Virus record (IMG/VR): IMGVR_UViG_3300042975_000096
Origin: a virus
Lineage: Duplodnaviria; Caudoviricetes
DNA: 64,000 bases
Strand: one strand, 5' to 3'
Below, piece by piece: positions 58,929 through 64,000 of the stretch. The notes under the pieces were generated by a model. That model made no database searches. It worked only from the letters and a program-made list of their open reading frames with translations, and was not told the origin of the DNA. The translations under genes and the position numbers were made by a program. The first letter of the stretch is position 1; the number at the start of each line of letters is the position of its first letter.

Positions 58929-59912
58929 TTACAAACTTTTTTCAAAATCCATTTCATTTTTTATTTTTTGAACAACGGAATTCATTAATGAATAAGCCGA
59001 GTCGGTATAACAATGTGCTCCTGCTGCATTGATATGACCTCCACCACCTATTTCCTCCATTACTTTTGCAATGTTTACATTCGTGTTGCTTCTAGCTTTA
59101 ATATAAACATTTTTACCGTTCGCTAAAAACAATATTGCAACATCAACATCCTTTACTAATTTCATAATATCAACGATATATGAAGCTTCTTTGTATGAGG
59201 ATTTATTATCTTCAATTTGATGCCTAGTTATTAATACATACATAATTTTATAAACAGAATCATACATCATATTATTCCAAACATCCTGTTGTAATTTAAA
59301 CAAACTTCGTTGATAACGTTCTATTTCATTAACCGTTTCTACGTTTGCTCCTTGCTCTAGTAATTTAGCAACGACGAAATGTGTATTTGCATCTACCCCT
59401 GGATTTCTAAAGTTAAATGTATCTCCACGTATTGCCATATATAATGCTGTGGCAATTTTTTCATTAAATTTAATATTATATCCTTTTTCTATCATATAAG
59501 AAATCAATCGATAAATCAACATTGCTGTTGCAACAACGTCTTCACACCAATATATATTACCATATTGATTAAATCCTGTATGATGGTCAATTACGATACA
59601 ATATTGACTTAAATCGTGATAATCAACATTTATTCTTCCCTGCTCTGAACAATCTAGTACAAACACTATGTCAAATTTATTTGATGGTACGTTAATTTTA
59701 TTAACTCTTCCTTTCCCTAATACTACTGCATAGGTTTTATTTATTTTATTCTGAGTTATAATTGTTACCTTTTTCTGTAATTGTTTTAAAACATTTTCTA
59801 AAGCAATTGCAGACCCAATCGCATCTGAATCTGGATTGTCATGCATTATAATTCCCACATTACACATTTCATCTTCGTTAACTTTTGCTACAATCTTTTC
59901 AATAGTGTCCAT
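58929..59912 (-). CDS. DHH/DHHA1 phosphoesterase (NrnA-like)
   Basis: HDNPDSDAIGS, VLDC, IDHH, GDTFNF, GGGGHINAAG. Confidence 0.9.
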   Translation of the reverse strand: MDTIEKIVAKVNEDEMCNVGIIMHDNPDSDAIGSAIALENVLKQLQKKVTIITQNKINKTYAVVLGKGRVNKINVPSNKFDIVFVLDCSEQGRINVDYHDLSQYCIVIDHHTGFNQYGNIYWCEDVVATAMLIYRLISYMIEKGYNIKFNEKIATALYMAIRGDTFNFRNPGVDANTHFVVAKLLEQGANVETVNEIERYQRSLFKLQQDVWNNMMYDSVYKIMYVLITRHQIEDNKSSYKEASYIVDIMKLVKDVDVAILFLANGKNVYIKARSNTNVNIAKVMEEIGGGGHINAAGAHCYTDSAYSLMNSVVQKIKNEMDFEKSL

Positions 59913-60043
59913 GGTATTTTATCTCCATTAATCATTTTGTGCATTCAATCTTTTACATTTATAAAATATAAATGATTAATGGTCTATATACGCTTACTGC
60001 TCCACTAAATATATATTAATAAAGTCATATATTATTATTTTTT

Positions 60044-61699
60044 TTAATTATTTTTTATATCAACTAACATTAATTGAATTTTTCTTCTACCAGCCCAAAA
60101 ATTATAAGATAATTTATAAGCAATATCAACAGTTTTAGGTTCTTTCAATTCTTCCACATATTTATCCTTTAAGTCGTTAAAACATATACCTTCAACTATT
60201 GCATTGCCTTTTTTAAATTCAAACTTTATTGTATTTTGAGTCTTACCCAGGACTTTTGAACTAATTACTGAAACATTTTTTGTGCAAAATTGTGGCTCTG
60301 GATTTGATTCTCCAAATGGACTCATAATGCTTAATTTATGCATTAAAGTATCGTCTATTAAACTCAAATCAATTTCTGCCAATAGATATATGGTTGGCTC
60401 TGTTTCAACACCTGTAGCTGATTCTAACCACTTAGAATAATTCGCACAACATCTTTTTTTGAATTCTTCTAGGTTATTTACTGGTAATGAAACACCACAC
60501 GCTGCCGTATGTCCACCACCACTTACTAAGTCAAAATTATCTGAAACACATTTACTAATATCATAATCCATGACGTTACGCCCAGAACCTACAAATTTAC
60601 CGTTATGTTCATGTAATGCGAAACAAGGCTTTTGATATTTGCTTGCAAATCTACCTGCTAAAATCCCTAGAATTCCAGCTGGTATTTTCTTATCATCAAA
60701 TGTTTGTATAATAAACGAATCCGATTCGTTTACTACCGTTTCTTTTATTACCTTACTTTGAATATATTTTCTTTTATTGTTTAACGAAACTGCCTTTTGT
60801 GCTAATTGATTGGCTGTTGCTTCATCATCTGCCAAAAATAACTGTACTGCATAATCAGCGGTTTCTATTCTTCCTACCGCATTAACACACGGCGCAATAT
60901 AAAATGCAATGTCCGATGAAGAAATATTTCCCTTAGACATCTTTAATTCTTTAATAAGTGCATCTACTCCAAATCCAATATGCTCAACTTTATTAATAAC
61001 ATCTAAGCCCAATGCAACAAATTTTCTATTTTCATCAATTAATGGCATTACATCCGCGATTGTAGCAAAAGTAGTTAATGCAATTAATTCATTATGAATA
61101 TCTCGTTTTGTTAAGTCAGGAATAAGCATTCTTAAAAATTTATATGCAATCATGCATCCACATATTTCTTTGAATTCATAATCTGGTTGAATAAATGGGT
61201 CTACTACTATTTCACAAGGTAATGTTTCAGACAAAAATTGGTGATGGTCTGTAACAATAACATCAATATTGTTATTCTCTGCTAACGTAATTGCTTCATG
61301 AGCAGCAATTCCATTATCAACTGTAATAATCAAATTCACTTTATCATCTATAGCTTCTTGAATCATATTTAGATTCAATCCGTATCCATCTGAACGTTTT
61401 GGAACAACCCAATCAACATTTGCGCCAACACTTGATAGACCCATAACCATAATTGAAGTTGCTGTTACACCATCGCAATCATAGTCACCTGCAATCATTA
61501 TTTTTTCTTTATTTTTTATTGCCATCTTTGTTCTATTAATTGCAGATTCAATATTAGGCAATTTATTTGGATTGTGAAATTTATTGCTTTTTATATTAAT
61601 AAAACTATTTAATTGTTCTTCATTAAAGCCTTTATCTCTTTTTATTAAATCCCAAAAATCATTATCAAATTTATTTTTTATATTCCATTTATATTCCAA
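60044..61699 (-). CDS. recJ: Single-stranded DNA exonuclease RecJ
   Basis: GDYDCDG, R.DGYGL, TVDNGI, TDHH, TIADVMPL..ENR, NAVGRI, GGGHTAACG, PFG..NPEP. Confidence 0.95.
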   Translation of the reverse strand: MEYKWNIKNKFDNDFWDLIKRDKGFNEEQLNSFINIKSNKFHNPNKLPNIESAINRTKMAIKNKEKIMIAGDYDCDGVTATSIMVMGLSSVGANVDWVVPKRSDGYGLNLNMIQEAIDDKVNLIITVDNGIAAHEAITLAENNNIDVIVTDHHQFLSETLPCEIVVDPFIQPDYEFKEICGCMIAYKFLRMLIPDLTKRDIHNELIALTTFATIADVMPLIDENRKFVALGLDVINKVEHIGFGVDALIKELKMSKGNISSSDIAFYIAPCVNAVGRIETADYAVQLFLADDEATANQLAQKAVSLNNKRKYIQSKVIKETVVNESDSFIIQTFDDKKIPAGILGILAGRFASKYQKPCFALHEHNGKFVGSGRNVMDYDISKCVSDNFDLVSGGGHTAACGVSLPVNNLEEFKKRCCANYSKWLESATGVETEPTIYLLAEIDLSLIDDTLMHKLSIMSPFGESNPEPQFCTKNVSVISSKVLGKTQNTIKFEFKKGNAIVEGICFNDLKDKYVEELKEPKTVDIAYKLSYNFWAGRRKIQLMLVDIKNN

Positions 61700-61736
61700 A
61701 ATTACACCCCATCTTTTTTATAATATTTATTATATT

Positions 61737-61768
61737 AAAAGGACGTACAATTAAGCACGTCCTTTTTT
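61737..61768 (-). terminator. Terminator after clpX
   Basis: AAAAGGACGT...ACGTCCTTTT. Confidence 0.7.
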
Positions 61769-61769
61769 A

Positions 61770-62972
61770 TTAAGCTTCTTCTTTAATGTCATTTTCTGTA
61801 ATAACGATTTCTTTATTTTTTTCAACTGGTGCTTTATACATAATGTCTAACATGCTGTTTTCCAAAATGCTTTTCAAGCTTCTTGCTCCAGTTTTATTTT
61901 TTAATGCTAAATTAGCAATCTTTTTAATTGCCTTTGTATCAAATTTTAACTCTACACCATCAACTGCTAACAAGTCATGATATTGTTTTGTAATAGAATT
62001 TTTTGGTTCGGTTAAGATTTTCATTAATGAATCTTCATCTAATTTATGCAATGCGGTTACTACAGGGAATCGTCCAACAAATTCAGGTATTAATCCATAT
62101 TGAATGATTTCATCTGTTCTAACTTCATTAAGAAAATATTCTTTTTCTTTTTCTGTTACTTTGTGACTTGTGTTTCCAAATCCCATCACATGTTTTTCTT
62201 TTTTATCTGCAATGAAATTTTCAATCCCTGGAAATGCTCCACTTGCAATAAACAAAATATTATCTGTATTGATAGTCTTAGGCTCTCCCTCGCCCCCTAA
62301 CAGGCCATCTTTTTTTGAAGGTAGTGCAACCTCACAACCCTCCAAAATCTTCAACAGGGCTTGTTGTACGCCCTCTCCACCGACATCCTTTGCATTGTCT
62401 GTACTAGTTTTTGCCAATTTGTCGATTTCATCAAGAAATACAATTCCATATTCAGCTCTTTTAATATCTCCATCTGCTTTTCTTACTAAATCGCCTAAAC
62501 AATCTTCAACATTTTTACCGACATATCCTGCTGAAGTAATTGAATTTACATCAATAATTGTCATTGGTAAATCTAAAAGTTTGGAAATTGTTTGAGCAAT
62601 TAATGTTTTTCCACTACCCGTAGAACCAATCAGCATAATATTTGATTTCTGAATATCTTTCCCTTTAAGTTTAAATACTCTCTTATAATGGTTATAAACA
62701 GCAACCGACATAATCTTTTTTGCTCTATCTTGACCAATAATATATTCGTCCAATTTTTTCTTTAATTCAGTTGGTTTCAATATTCCTTCTAAATTAATAA
62801 TTTCATGATTCTTTTTATCTTTGAAAATATGAGAACAAATATCTAAACAATCTTCACAAATAGTGATTGATTGTGTCTTGCCATAAATAAGTTTATCTTC
62901 GTCAACCATCTTTCCGCAAAATTTACATTTTACCTGTTTTGGTTCATTCGTTTCTTCTGTGCGTTTTGCCAT
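61770..62972 (-). CDS. clpX: ATP-dependent Clp protease ATP-binding subunit ClpX
   Basis: C4 zinc domain CKFC..ICEDC, AVYNHYKR, GSTGSGKT, DEIDK, DVGGEGVQQALLK, MGF loop, TGARSL. Confidence 0.95.
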   Translation of the reverse strand: MAKRTEETNEPKQVKCKFCGKMVDEDKLIYGKTQSITICEDCLDICSHIFKDKKNHEIINLEGILKPTELKKKLDEYIIGQDRAKKIMSVAVYNHYKRVFKLKGKDIQKSNIMLIGSTGSGKTLIAQTISKLLDLPMTIIDVNSITSAGYVGKNVEDCLGDLVRKADGDIKRAEYGIVFLDEIDKLAKTSTDNAKDVGGEGVQQALLKILEGCEVALPSKKDGLLGGEGEPKTINTDNILFIASGAFPGIENFIADKKEKHVMGFGNTSHKVTEKEKEYFLNEVRTDEIIQYGLIPEFVGRFPVVTALHKLDEDSLMKILTEPKNSITKQYHDLLAVDGVELKFDTKAIKKIANLALKNKTGARSLKSILENSMLDIMYKAPVEKNKEIVITENDIKEEA

Positions 62973-63107
62973 TTATAGCCACCCCTTCTAAGAAAACTTT
63001 TTAATTTCTCATCAGTATTGTATTAAAATTATTTCAAAAAATAACTCTCATAATAAACATAAACAAAAAGATGCGCAATATTACGCATCATTTTTGCCTA
63101 GTGCAAG

Positions 63108-64000
63108 TTATACAATTAAATCATTTTGACCAATATTGATTTTAAATGTGTCTTTTGTTTCATTACATTTATCACTACGTTTAGAAATTTTATATTTATT
63201 GAAAACGACCTCTTTGTTTTTATCATTCAGCATTATAAAATCATCCTTACTAATATAAATTCTTGAAAGTTGCTTAAACTTTTTACCTGCAACACAACTT
63301 AATGCTCTAGCACTCCGACCTTTTACTAACAAATCGCTAATATTCATCGTTTTGTAACCATAAGTATCATTTTCAAAAAGATAAATCATCAACAATTTAT
63401 TATCTGAGTCATCTTGTTCACTAGAAATCTTACAATCAACAATGAAATCCCCATCATCTAATTTTGATGTAGTCATTGCTTTTGCTCCACTTGCTGTTGC
63501 CACAAACGAATTACAACTAAACCTACCAATAAACCCATTGTTAGAAGCAATCGTAATAATCTCATCTTTCGTATCATTTACTAGCTTATTTACAACTATT
63601 TCTGAATTCATATCCTTAATCAATTGGGTTGGTTTGTTTTGTTTGAATTTCATCTTATTAACAAACGTCTTTTTAATATTACCATTTTTCAATACAGAAA
63701 TCAAGGTCTTTTTTGATTCCACATCAAATTTAATAAAGTTTATTGCATTATCAAACTTGATATTATTATATTGAAGCTCTGAAATTGGCACTCTTTCACA
63801 AGTTCCATCACGATTAATAATAATCAATTCTTCTGACCGTTTGCAGTTCATATATTGAATGAATACATTGCTTTTTTCTTTATACGTTTTTGATTCAATA
63901 AATTTATTGAATTCTTCTTCTTCATAAATCATAAGCAAACCATTCTTGTTTAATACACAAACTACGTCCTCTGATACATTCGCTTCTGCTACAGTATCAT
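63108..64000 (-). CDS. Type II topoisomerase subunit A (GyrA/ParC) C-terminal beta-pinwheel, partial
   Basis: Blade motifs (S.NG.I.RF....F....SGAKA...KL.DGD.IV; GRSARA); frame open to the window end. Confidence 0.65.
   Translation of the reverse strand, partial: DTVAEANVSEDVVCVLNKNGLLMIYEEEEFNKFIESKTYKEKSNVFIQYMNCKRSEELIIINRDGTCERVPISELQYNNIKFDNAINFIKFDVESKKTLISVLKNGNIKKTFVNKMKFKQNKPTQLIKDMNSEIVVNKLVNDTKDEIITIASNNGFIGRFSCNSFVATASGAKAMTTSKLDDGDFIVDCKISSEQDDSDNKLLMIYLFENDTYGYKTMNISDLLVKGRSARALSCVAGKKFKQLSRIYISKDDFIMLNDKNKEVVFNKYKISKRSDKCNETKDTFKINIGQNDLIV

Noticed and set aside
50-63774. Numerous short antisense or overlapping ORFs in the track
   Set aside because: Shadow frames of well-supported genes, lacking RBS and motifs
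1-64000. Stop-codon reassignment
   Set aside because: Conserved genes are full length under the standard code; the breaks seen are frameshifts, not in-frame stops
1-64000. Bacterial chromosome origin suggested by clpX, recJ, dnaE and lemA
   Set aside because: No clpP/tig context or ribosomal genes; interleaved with tail fibres, gp32-like SSB, YopX and many hypotheticals, typical of a large phage
1-64000. tRNA or rRNA genes
   Set aside because: No cloverleaf/T-loop or rRNA-like GC-rich segment recognised in the intergenic regions

Overview
AT-rich (below about 30% GC by eye) segment of a large, jumbo-type tailed phage genome, most likely infecting a Bacillota/Firmicutes host (sigma-A promoters, GGAGG/GGTGA RBSs, GH73 lysin, type I-C CRISPR repeats). 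The minus strand carries replication, recombination and nucleotide genes (ThyX, HD nucleotidase, gp32-like SSB, SbcCD, RuvC, RecJ, DHH, ClpX, GyrA/ParC C-terminus, a sigma factor, two Dam-family methylases) interleaved with virion genes. A plus-strand block (38.3-56.9 kb) encodes structural proteins, including six tandem GLUG-type adhesin paralogues. Highlights: (1) DNA polymerase III alpha is split into two genes 6.5 kb apart, each carrying half of a split intein at the GPGRG|SGAGS motif, a site different from the cyanobacterial split DnaE. (2) There are three cas-less type I-C CRISPR mini-arrays with near-identical leaders and promoters; two lie between the dnaE halves, one spacer reads as an HNH-nuclease motif and one is only 16 nt. 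(3) An intact IS200/IS605 (TnpA+TnpB) element interrupts a gene that can be rebuilt in frame. (4) Recurrent candidate phage promoter motifs and apparent GATC avoidance. Several single-base frameshifts may be assembly errors. All calls come from reading motifs by eye; no database searches were run.
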